This document shows, piece by piece, positions 1 through 11,150 of a DNA stretch of 64,000 bases. This stretch comes from Nemertoderma westbladi (taxonomy: Eukaryota; Animalia; Xenacoelomorpha): the NCBI GenBank assembly GCA_032718475.1, contig JAUCBJ010006853.1, forward strand, positions 1 to 64,000, read 5' to 3'. Under the pieces are notes generated by a model. The model ran no database searches. It was not told the DNA's origin and was given only the letters and a program-made list of their open reading frames with translations. The position numbers were made by a program, and so were the translations under genes. Position 1 is the first letter of the stretch, and each line of letters begins with the position of its first letter.

Positions 1-227
1 TATTAGTGACATAGTCTAGTCTACTCATGTTTTAGTTTCATTTAATTTATATAATTGTGGCATGCAATATACTATATATCTAGTATATCATAGTTTAATG
101 TATAGAAATATGTTTATTGACGAATGTTCGATGATAGGTTTGTAATGTGACCAAGCAAAGGCAAAAAAATCATATAATTATTACTTACCAGTAATTAAGA
201 TCCAGTTCAGTTGCCAAATTTTATAAC

Positions 228-3200
228 TCCGATGGTTTAGTGGACAGAGTTTATGGTTCCGATGGGTTAGTGGACAGAGTTTATGGTTCCGATGGTTTGG
301 TGGGTAGAGGTTATGGTTCCGATGGGTTGGTGGATAGTTTATGGTTCCGATGGGTTGGTGGATAGAGGTTATGGTTACGATGGATTACTGGACAGAGTTT
401 ATGAGTCCGATGGGTTGGTGGATAGAGTTTATGGTTCCGATGGTTTGGTGGATAGAGTTTATGGTTCCCGATGGGTTGGTGGATAGAGGTTATGGTTCCG
501 ATGGGTTGGTGGATAGAGGTTATGGTTCCAATGGGTTGGTGGATAGAGTTTATGGTTCCGATGGGTTGGTGGATAGAGGTTATGGTTCCGATGGGTTGGT
601 GGAAAGAGTTTATGGTTCCGATGGGTTGGTGGATAGAGGTTATGGTTCCGATGGGTTGGTGGATAGAGGTTATGGTTCCGATGGGTTGGTGGATAGAGTT
701 TATGGTTCCGATGGGTTGGTGGATAGAGGATATGGTTCCGATGGGTTGGTGGATAGAGATTATGGTTTCGATGGTTTGGTGGATAGAGGTTATGAGTCCG
801 ATGGGTTGGTGGATAGAAGTTATGGTTCCGATGGGTTGGTGGATAGAGTTTATGGTTCCGATATGTTGGTGGATAGAGGTTATGGTTCCGATGGAGTACT
901 GGACAGAATTTATGAGTCCGATGGGTTGGTGGATAGAGTTTATGGTTCCGATGGTTTGGTGGATAGAGTTTATGGTTCCCGATGGGTTGGTGGATGGTTC
1001 CGATGGGTTGGTGGATAGAGTTTATGGTTCCCGATGGGTTGGTGGATAGAGGTTACGGTTCCGATGGGTTGGTGGATAGAGGATATGGTTCCGATGGGTT
1101 GGTGGATTGAGTTTATGAGTCCGATGGGTTGGTGGATATGAGTTATGGTTCCGATGGGTTGGTGGATAGAGTTTATGAGTCCGATGGGTTGGTGGATAGA
1201 AGTTATGGTTCCGATGGGTTGGTTGGACAGATTTTAGGAGTCCGATGGGTTGGTGGATAGAGTTTATGGTTCCGATGGGTTGGTGGATAGAGTTTATGGT
1301 TCCGATTGGTTGGTGGATAGAGGTTATGGTTCCGATGGATTACTGGAAAGAGTTTATGAGTCCGATGGGTTACTGGATAGAGCTTATGGTTCCGATGGGT
1401 TGGTTGGACAGAGTTTAGGAGTCCGATGGGTTGGTGGATAGAGTTTATGGTTCCGATGGGTTGGTGGATAGAGTTTATGGTTCCGATTGGTTGGTGGATA
1501 GAGGTTATGGTTCCGATGGATTACTGGAAAGATTTTATGAGTCCGATGGGTTACTGGATAGAGCTTATGGTTCCGATGGGTTGGTGGATAGAGTTTATGG
1601 TTCCGATGGGTTGGTGGATAGAGGTTATGGTTCCGATGGGTTGGTGGATAGAGTTTATGGTTCCGATGGGTTGGTGGATAGAGGTTATGGTTCCGATGGG
1701 TTTGTGGATAGAGTTTATGGTTCCGATGGGTTGGTGGATAGAGGTTATGGTTCCGATGGGTTGGTGGATAGAGTTTATGGTTCCGATGGGTTGGTGGATA
1801 GAGGATATGGTTCCGATGGGTTGATGGATAGAGTTTATGGTTTCGATGGTTTGGTGGATAGAGGTTATGAGTCCGATGGGTTGTTGGATAGAAGTTATGT
1901 TTCCGATGGGTTGGTGGATAGAGTTTATGGTTCCGATGTGTTGTTGGATAGAGGTTATGGTTCCGATGGGTTGGTGGATAGAGTTTATGGTTCCGATGGG
2001 TTGGTGGATAGAGTTTATGGTTCCGATGGGTTACTGGACAGAGTTTATGAGTCCGATGGGTTGGTGGATAGAGTTTATGGTTCCGATGGTTTGGTGGATA
2101 GAGTTTATGGTTCCCGATGGGTTGGTGGATAGAGGTTATGGTTCCGATGGGTTGGTGGATAGAGGATATGGTTCCGATGGGTTGGTGGATATATGTTATG
2201 GTTCCGATAGGTTGGTGGATAGAGTTTATGGTTCCTGATGGGTTGGTGGATAGAGGTTATGGTTCCGATGGGTTGGTGGATAGAGGATATGGTTTCGATG
2301 GGTTGGTGGATAGAGTTTATGAGTCCGATGGGTTGGTGGAGATGAGTTATGGTTCCGATGGGTTGGTGGATAGAGTTTATGAGTCCGATGGGTTGGTGGA
2401 TGGAAGTTTTGGTTCCGATGGGTTGGTTGGACAGAGTTTAGGAGTCCGATGGGTTGGTGGATAGAGTTTATGGTTCCGATGGGTTGGTGGATAGAGTTTA
2501 TGGTTCCGATTGGTTGGTGGATAGAGGTTATGGTTCCGATGGATTACTGGAAAGAGTTTATGAGTCCGATGGGTTACTGGATAGAGCTTATGGTTCCGAT
2601 GGGTTGGTGGATAGAGTTTATGGTTCCGATGGGTTGGTGATAGAGAGTTTATGAGTCCGATGGGTTGGTGGATAGAAGTTATGGTTCCGAAGGTTAGTGG
2701 ATAGAGTTTATGGTTCCGATGGATTACTGGACAGAGTTTATGAGTCCAATGGGTTGGTGGATAGAGGTTATGGTTCCGATGGGTTGGTGGATAGAGTTCA
2801 TGAGTCCGATGGGTTACTGAGTAGAGTTTATGAGTCCGACGGGTTACTGGATTGAGTTAGGGTTCCGATGGGTTGGTGGATAGAGTTTAGGGTTTCGATG
2901 GGTTACTGGGTAGAGTTTTTGGTTCTGATGGGTTGGTGAATAGAGTTTAGGGTTCCGATGGGTTACTGGATAGAGTTTAGGGTTCCGATGGGTTACTGGA
3001 TAGAGTTTATGGTTCCGATGGGTTAGTGGATAGAGTTTATGGTTCCGATGGGTTGGTGATTAGAGATTATGGTTCTGATGGGTTGGTGGATATAATTGTT
3101 GGTTCTGATGGGTTGGTGGATAGAGTTTATGGTTCCGATGGGTTGGTGGATAGAGTTTAGGGTTCCGATGTGTTGGTGGATAGAGTTTATAGTTTCCATT

Positions 3201-3310
3201 GGTTGGTGGATAGAGTTTATGGTTCCGATGGGTTGGTGGATAGAGTTTATGGTTCCGATGGGTTGGTGGATAGAGTTTTTGGTTCCGTTGGGTTACTGGA
3301 TAGAGTTTGT
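228..3310. repeat. 30-bp minisatellite (consensus GATAGAGTTTATGGTTCCGATGGGTTGGTG), about 100 copies
   Basis: Directly visible tandem unit with occasional 31-bp variants. All + strand ORFs here (DRVYGSDGLV, MVPMGWWIEF) are repeat read-throughs. Confidence 0.97.
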
Positions 3311-4079
3311 GAGCTCTACCTATAAAATAAGTAGAAATAATAGAATTTATTAATAATGTATTCAAAATAACGGTAATACCAGATACACTTTGAGACCCCG
3401 ACTGTAGGATATATTCCATGTAACAATTTATTACTAACTTATTCTGAAGTTTCCGATAATTGTGGTCCAAGTAATTTAGTTCCAACATCTCCGTTAAGCC
3501 ACTAATATTTGAGTTCCAGTAGATTCCAGGTTTGTGTTTCCAGATTTCCTGGTTTCCCAGACTACGACGAATACCTAATAGGAACAAATCATGTCGGTTC
3601 ATTACAGTCCAGAGTCGAGGTTATCATATCGGCTCGGCGATACTAAAAGATTTCAAGTTATCTGTTTTATAATTTAGGCGGTTGTTTGATTTGGTTCAGA
3701 GCGTGACAGTTTACTGGTTTACGATTCCGAGATCAGGAGATATTCGTATTTCCATCTATAAAAGAGAAAACTTATAAAATAATTATTAAACTTGAACTTG
3801 AATGTATATTTACCATAATATAATAGAAATTGCACTAAATTTTATATATTTAATATAGAGGATGGTAGGTCGGACACGAATAGCTATAAAATGCTAGTAG
3901 AAATTGTGTGTCCGGCCCTGACTGGCATTATAAGTTAAAAATAAATATGAAATATTATCCTTACCATTCTTGCTAAATAACATTATTATGGGATATATTC
4001 CCATCATATCCAAAACATTATTTATCTCTGGTTGGTAACAAAATTAAACACTGAAAATTGTATATAATTATTTTTATAT

Positions 4080-4926
4080 TTAGACTAAATCATCTAAATT
4101 ATGTACGGCTGTAGTCAGGATATCAGCTATTTGAACCTGATTTGTGTCTCTCAGACATTGACAGAATGTAAGAAAATCGTTGAATGACCTTCTAATTATC
4201 GCGTTGACCAGTACATTATTCTTTGCCACTGTGGATTCTTTACTATTGATTGATTCAGCTATAGAATCCTTAAACACTTGTTTCCTACAAAGTAATTTTA
4301 TTACCAAGTTTGGTTCGATTCTATTAACTAAAACAAACTTATATTTAGTTAGTATCAACGGAAACTTTTTATCATCATCTGTTGTTTTATCCTCTAAAAT
4401 ATTTACTATATGAGTTTGATATGTTTCCTTTAATCCTTCAATAAATATTTCGTAATTATTTTCTGTACCCCATTTTATTGCCTCCAATAAAGTCTTTATT
4501 TTACTGAATACATTTGGTTTCGAGTTAATTATAGATAAAACATCCCGAGACAAAGTTCGCTTAGCTTCTAAGAAAATTATAAGTTCCAATATTTATAGTT
4601 TATCTAGAAGTTCATTCTCCTTAGACGCTATTTTCTTCCAATGTGAACTTAAATCACCTGTATATTTTTCTCTTATTAAGTTGCTTTCCATATGTTTATG
4701 AAACTTACATTTGACTTTATTATCTGAAATATTTTCATCGATTTTAATAAAATGGAAACAAATGTCTTCTCTACAGTTAATTTCATTGTGCTGTTCGCAT
4801 TTTGAATTACATTGACATTGTATCTGAAAACTAAACGAAATGTTTTTTATTCGAATTTGTTTAAGGAATTCCTGCAATGAATTATTAAGATAACACTTCA
4901 CTTTATTGACCAGCTGTGGATCCGGG
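4080..4926 (-). pseudogene. Partial paralog of the COR-CARD-CARD ORF: COR C-terminus/Cys-rich motif plus two CARD-like death-fold domains, with an in-frame TAA at 4593-4595
   Basis: ORFs 4593-4901 and 4080-4589 are in the same frame and align colinearly with the 8878-10590 protein: PDPQLVNKV vs PDPDIVNKV, CQCNSKCEQH vs CECNAKCDQH, LLEAIKWGTENNY vs LLESIKWGSENNY, FCQCLRDTNQ vs FCKCLRVTNQ. The stop replaces Glu (DKL*ILEL vs DRLEISEL). Confidence 0.85.
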
Positions 4927-7900
4927 TAATGTCAATAACAGCAGCCTCTCCACCTTTATTGGTAATGTCAATAACAGCAGCCTCTCTACCTTGATTGGTA
5001 ATGTCTATAACAGCAGCCTCTCCACCTTCAGTGGTAATGTCTATAACAGCAGCCTTTCAACCTTGATTGGTAACGCCTATAACAGCAGCCTCTCCACCTT
5101 CATTGGTAACGTATATAACAGCAGCCCCTCTATCTTGATTGGTATCGTCTATTACAGCAGCCTCTCTACCTCGATTGGTAATGTCTATAACAGCAGCTTC
5201 TCTACCTTGATTGGTATCGTCTATTACAGCAGCCTCTCTACCTTGATTGGTATCGTTTATTACAGCAGCCTCTCTACCTTGATTGGTATCGTCTATTACA
5301 GCAGCCTCTCTACCTTGATTGGTAATCTCTATAACAGCAGCCTCTCCACCTTCAGTGGTAACGTCTATAACAGCAGCCTTTCAACCATGATTGTTAACGC
5401 CTATAACAGCAGCCTCTCCACCTTCATTGGTAACGTCTATAACAGCAGCCTCTCCACCTTCATTGGTAACGTCTATAACAGCAGCCTCTCTACCTTGATT
5501 GGTAACGTCTATAACAGCAGCCTCTCCACCTTCATTGGTAACGTATATAACAGCAGCCTCTCTACCTTGATTGGTAACGTCTATAACAGCAGCCTTTCAA
5601 CCTTGATTGGTAACGCCTATAACAGCAGCCTCTCCACCTTCATTGGTAACGTATATAACAGCAGCCTCTCTACCTTCATTGGTAATGTCTATAACAGCAG
5701 CCCCTCTATCTTGATTGGTATCGTCTATTACAGCAGCCTCTCTACCTCGATTGGTAATGTCTATAACAGCAGCCTCTCTACCTCGATTGGTAATGTCTAT
5801 AACAGCAGCCTCTCTACCTTGATTGGTATCGTCTATTACAGCAGCCTCTCTACCTTGATTGGTGTCGTCTATTACAGCAGCCTCTCTACCTTCATTGGTA
5901 ATGTCTATAACAGCAGCCTCTCTACCTTGATTGGTATCGTCTATTACAGCAGCCTCTCTACCTTGATTGGTGTCGTCTATTACAGCAGCCTCTCTACCTT
6001 CATTGGTAATGTCTATAACAGCAGCCTCTCTAGCTTGCATTGGTAACGTCTATAACAGCAGCCTCTCAACCTTCATTGGTAACGTCTATAACGCAGCCTC
6101 TCCAGCAGCCTCTCTACCTTCATTGGTAACGTCTATAACAGCAGCCTCTCTACCTTGATTGGTGTCGTCTATTACAGCAGCCTCTCTACCTTGATTGGTG
6201 TCGTCTATTACAGCAGCCTCTCTACCTTCATTGGTAACGTCTATAACAGCAGCCTCTCTACCTTGATTGGTGTCGTCTATTACAGCAGCCTCTCTACCTC
6301 GATTGGTAATGTCTATAACAGCAGCCTCTCTACCTCGATTGGTAATGTCTATAACAGCAGCCTCTCTACCTTGATTGGTATCGTCTATTACAGCAGCCTC
6401 TCTACCTTCATTGGTAACGTCTATAACAGCAGCCTCTCTACCTTGATTGGTGTCGTCTATTACAGCAGCCCCTCTACCTTGATTGGTGTCGTCTATTACA
6501 GCAGCCTCTCTACCTTCATTGGTAACGTCTATAACAGCAGCCTCTCTACCTTGATTGGTGTCGTCTATTACAGCAGCCTCTCTACCTTGATTGGTGTCGT
6601 CTATTACAGCAGCCTCTCTACCTTCATTGGTAACGTCTATAACAGCAGCCTCTCTACCTTGATTGGTGTCGTCTATTACAGCAGCCTCTCTACCTCGATT
6701 GGTAATGTCTATAACAGCAGCCTCTCTACCTCGATTGGTAATGTCTATAACAGCAGCCTCTCTACCTTGATTGGTATCGTCTATTACAGCAGCCTCTCTA
6801 CCTTGATTGGTGTCGTCTATTACAGCAGCCTCTCTACCTTCATTGGTAATGTCTATAACAGCAGCCTCTCTACCTTGATTGGTATCGTCTATTACAGCAG
6901 CCTCTCTACCTTGATTGGTGTCGTCTATTACAGCAGCCTCTCTACCTTCGATTGGTAATGTCTATAACAGCAGCCTCTCTACCTTCGATTGGTAATGTCT
7001 ATAACAGCAGCCTCTCAACCTTCATTAGTAATGTATATAACTGCAGCCTCTCCACCTTCATGGTAACGTCTATAACAGCAGCCTCTCTACCTTGATTGGT
7101 AATGTCTATAACAGCAGCCTCTCTACCTTCGATTGGTAATGTCTATAACAGCAGCCTCTCTACCTTCATTGGTAATGTCTATAACAGCAGCCTCTCTACC
7201 TTGATTGGTATCGTCTATTACAGCAGCCTCTCTACCTTGATTGGTATCGTCTATTACAGCAGCCTCTCTACCTTGATTGGTAATCTCTATAACAGCAGCC
7301 TCTCCACCTTCAGTGGTAACGTCTATAACAGCAGCCTTTCAACCTTGATTGGTAACGCCTATAACAGCAACCTCTCCACCTTCATTGGTAATGTCTATAA
7401 CAGCAGCCTCTCTACCTTGATTGGTAACATCTATAACAACAGCTACATTACATTAATTGGCAATGTCTATCTATAACAGCAGCCTCTCCACCTTCAGTGG
7501 TAATGTCTATAACAGCAGACTCTCTAGCTTGATTGGTAACGTCTATAACAGCAGCCTCTCATCCTTGATTGGTAATGTATATAACTGCAGCCTCTCCACC
7601 TTCAGTGGTAATGTCTATAACTGCAGCCTCTCCACCTTCATGGTAACGTCTATTACAGCAGCCTCTCTACCTTGATTGGTAATGTCTATAACTGCAGCCT
7701 CTCTACCTTGATTGGTAATGTTTATAACAGCAGCCTCTCCACCTTCATGGTAACGTCTATAACAGCAGCCTTTCAACCTTGATTGGTAACGCCTATAACA
7801 GCAGCCTCTCCACCTTCATTGGTAACGTATATAACAGCAGCCTCTCTACCTTCATTGGTAATATCTATAACAGCAGCCCCTCTATCTTGATTGGTATCGT

Positions 7901-8990
7901 CTATTACAGCAGCCTCTCTACCTCGATTGGTAATGTCTATAACAGCAGCCTCTCTACCTCGATTGGTAATGTCTATAACAGCAGCCTCTCTACCTTGATT
8001 GGTATCGTCTATTACAGCAGCCTCTCTACCTTGATTGGTATCGTCTATTACAGCAGCCTCTCTACCTTGATTGGTAATCTCTATAACAGCAGCCTCTCCA
8101 CCTTCAGTGGTAATGTCTATAACAGCAGCCCCTCTACCTTGATTGGTAACGTTTATAACAGCAGCCTCTCTGCCTTGATTGGTAACGTTTATAACAGCAG
8201 CCTTTCCACTTTCATGGTATCATCTATAACAGCAGCCTCTCATCCTTGATTGGTAACGTCTATAACAGCAGCCTCTCCGCCTTCATTGGTAATGTCTATA
8301 ACAGCACCCCCTCTACCTTGATTGGTAACGTTTATAACAGCAGCCTCTATGCCTTGATTGGTAACGTCTACAACAGCAGTCTCTCTGCCTTGATTGGTAA
8401 CGTTTATAACAGCAGCCTTGATTGGTAAAGTCTATAACAGCAGCCTCTCCACCGGTTGAATGGTAACGTCTATAACCCCAGCTACATTACATTGATTGGC
8501 AATATCTATAACAGCAGCCTCTCCACCGGTTGATTGGTAACATCTATAACAACAGCTACATTACATTAATTGGCAATGTCTATCTATAACAGCAGCCTCT
8601 CCACCGGTTGATTGGTAACATCTATAACAACAGCTACATTACATTGATTGGCAATGTCTATAACAGCAGCCTCTCCACCGGTTGATTGGTAACGTTTATA
8701 ACAGCAGTCTCTCTACCTTGATTGGTAACGTCTATAACAGCGGCCTCTTCACCTTCATTGGTAATGTCTATAACAGCACCCCCTCTACCTTGATTGGCAA
8801 TGTCTATAACAGCAGACTCTCCACCTGTTGATTGGTAACATCTATAACAACAGCTACATTACATTGATTGGCAATGTCTATAACAGCAGCCTCTCCACCG
8901 GTTGATTGGTAACGTCTATAACCCCAGCGGCCTCTCCACCTTGATTAGTATTATCTATATCAGCAACCTCATCAGGTTGATCGGTAATGT
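4926..8990. repeat. 36-bp minisatellite (TCTATAACAGCAGCCTCTCTACCTTGATTGGTAATG; minus-strand reading REAAVIDITNQG), about 110 copies
   Basis: Visible tandem unit. It grades continuously into the C-terminal tail of the 8878-10590 ORF (DIVDITDQPDEVADIDNTNQGGEAAGVIDVTNQ). Confidence 0.97.
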
Positions 8991-10590
8991 CTACAATATC
9001 CGCATCATAACCTTTGGTAGCTTCCTCTAGAGTATCAGCTAAATGATGTTGGTTGGTGACACGAAGACATTTACAAAAAGATAGAAAATCCTTGTAAGAT
9101 CTTTTCATTACTGCGTTTATAAGTACAACATTCTTACTATCTATTGATTCTTTACATTCTATTATTTCTATGATAGATTTACTTATAACGTTTCTGCTAA
9201 CAAGAAGCTGTGCCACAAATTTAGTTTGTTCTAAATTTTTCATTAACATATATTTATACTTTGTTAGAATATCAGGGAACATTTGGTCTTCCATTTTGAT
9301 TTTTTCATGCAAAATTTCAACCAAAAGCGGTTGATTGGTTACATATAATGCTTCAATAAATACTTTGTAATTATTTTCTGATCCCCATTTTATTGACTCC
9401 AACAAAATCTTATTCTTACTCAACAAATTCGACTTAGATTCAATAACAGCTAAAACTTCCTTTGATATAGCCCCCTTACTTGCTAAGTATACAAGTAACT
9501 CTGAGATTTCCAGTCTATCAATAAGGTCATCTTGGTTAGTTGTAATGTTTAACCAATGTGAGCTAAATCTCCCAACAACAGGGAATTTTCCACTAATAAA
9601 CCGACTTCTAACAGAGTTATTAAATTGACATTCAAGAAAATCATTTGATAAAATATCAGCCAGTTTAACAAAGTGAAAACATCCTTCTTCATTGCAGTCA
9701 AGTAATCTATGTTGATCGCATTTAGCATTACATTCACATTTTATTTCGAAATCAAATGAAATATTTTTAAATCTCATTTGGGTAATAATTTCCTTCAATG
9801 AAGTATTAATAAAATGATTTACTTTATTAACAATATCCGGATCTGGTGCAAGTTTTCTTTCAGTTTGTTCATCGCCCGAACTCAACATCTCAGATCTAAT
9901 TACATGAACTTTAATCCAATTTAATGAAATAGAAGATTTTTCCAAAATTACCTGATGATTAAAATCTAAAAATATTTGAGCAACTCTGTGGTAAAGTTTA
10001 GGTTGAATTACTCTATTACCTACAATGTAAGACAAATCTATAGTTCTCTTAATTAAACGGTAGTACAATCCTTGCGGTAAGAAACTCTTGAATGTAATAT
10101 AAAATTCAACTTTACATTGTCTTGGTGTGAATGGAGTATATCTAACAGATTTAAGGCGGCAAGGTACATAATAAGCCAACTTTACATCATCTTGCAATGT
10201 TCTTTCGGTTTTTGGTAAAACTCGTTCACATAATAAATCAAAACGTTCTAGAATATTCAACATAAATTGTTTTTTATCAAGAACGCCTTCCCACAGATAA
10301 TCAAGGAGTTCTTCATGTAATATACCATTGTTATCCAGGTCCTTCCAGAACGTAAAATGTTGTTTCTTTATTTTGTCTTTAACAGTTATTATTTTGGTAA
10401 ACATTCCACTCAACCATTCTGGGCTCATTATAACAGTATCCCTTAGAGATTCATCATCAAAGTAAATTATTGTACCCATATCGTGGTAAAATTCTAACAT
10501 TGTTTTCAAACCAATGTTATCCATTTCTACATCAATATCCATTAATTTAATCTCTAGCAAGTCAATGTCAATATAAACTTTACCATCCAT
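8878..10590 (-). CDS. Roco-family COR domain + Cys/His-rich motif + two CARD/death-fold domains (570 aa; may be a large exon of a longer gene)
   Basis: COR hallmarks LEFYHDMGTIIYF, DTVIMSPEWL, GILHEELLDYLW, LERFDLL, YYVPCRL and FLPQGLYYRLI. Two about 90-aa helical repeats with CARD-like signatures (LLVYLASKGAIS...ILLESI...FIEALYVTNQPLLVEIL; LLVSRNVIS...FCKCLRVTNQHHLADTL). Uninterrupted 1.7-kb ORF in AT-rich DNA. No Roc GTPase motifs are seen. Confidence 0.85.
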   Translation of the reverse strand: MDGKVYIDIDLLEIKLMDIDVEMDNIGLKTMLEFYHDMGTIIYFDDESLRDTVIMSPEWLSGMFTKIITVKDKIKKQHFTFWKDLDNNGILHEELLDYLWEGVLDKKQFMLNILERFDLLCERVLPKTERTLQDDVKLAYYVPCRLKSVRYTPFTPRQCKVEFYITFKSFLPQGLYYRLIKRTIDLSYIVGNRVIQPKLYHRVAQIFLDFNHQVILEKSSISLNWIKVHVIRSEMLSSGDEQTERKLAPDPDIVNKVNHFINTSLKEIITQMRFKNISFDFEIKCECNAKCDQHRLLDCNEEGCFHFVKLADILSNDFLECQFNNSVRSRFISGKFPVVGRFSSHWLNITTNQDDLIDRLEISELLVYLASKGAISKEVLAVIESKSNLLSKNKILLESIKWGSENNYKVFIEALYVTNQPLLVEILHEKIKMEDQMFPDILTKYKYMLMKNLEQTKFVAQLLVSRNVISKSIIEIIECKESIDSKNVVLINAVMKRSYKDFLSFCKCLRVTNQHHLADTLEEATKGYDADIVDITDQPDEVADIDNTNQGGEAAGVIDVTNQPVERLLL

Positions 10591-11150
10591 AATAAATAAT
10601 TATTATTTGTTTTATACAAGTCACTTTTTTAGTCAAAGTCGTTTATCAAGTTTGACATAAAAATAGCACTTTTTCTGCCAACACAAAAAGTAATGTTTCC
10701 ATGACATTAGTTATAATATTTTTTGGAAAAAAAAATACCATACTACTGTCAGAAGGTCAAATATTTGTTCTAGAATAAAAACCTCATGATAAAAGCCTAT
10801 TTATATGAAAAAAATTGGTTAAACTACGGGTACCCAAGGTGTTATAGTAATGGCCGTATTTAACTATGGAAGAAACTTCGATGGACGATATTTATGCTGA
10901 AATAGGTCCAGATAAAAGTGAGAGAAGATTTACAACAAATAAAACGACGTAAGTTGTGGAAAAAAGTAACATTTTTTGCCTTAAAATAAAGCCTACTTTT
11001 TTGCCACAACTTAAATGGTTATTTACTTTTTTTGTTAACATTATTAGTTAGTTATGGTTGCGATTATATTAGAGTATTTTATGGAGCTCTTTAATTTTTT
11101 ACTGGCTAGTGGGGCGAGCCACGAAAGTAAGCGAGTTTAGCATACAGGTA

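Noticed and set aside
283-2654. + strand ORFs rich in MGWWIE / DRVYGSDGL
   Set aside because: They are read-throughs of a 30-bp tandem repeat, with no unique coding flanks.
4916-8428. + strand ORFs (IGNVYNSSLST)n that resemble LRR or beta-helix repeats
   Set aside because: They are antisense readings of the 36-bp array. The source frame is on the minus strand.
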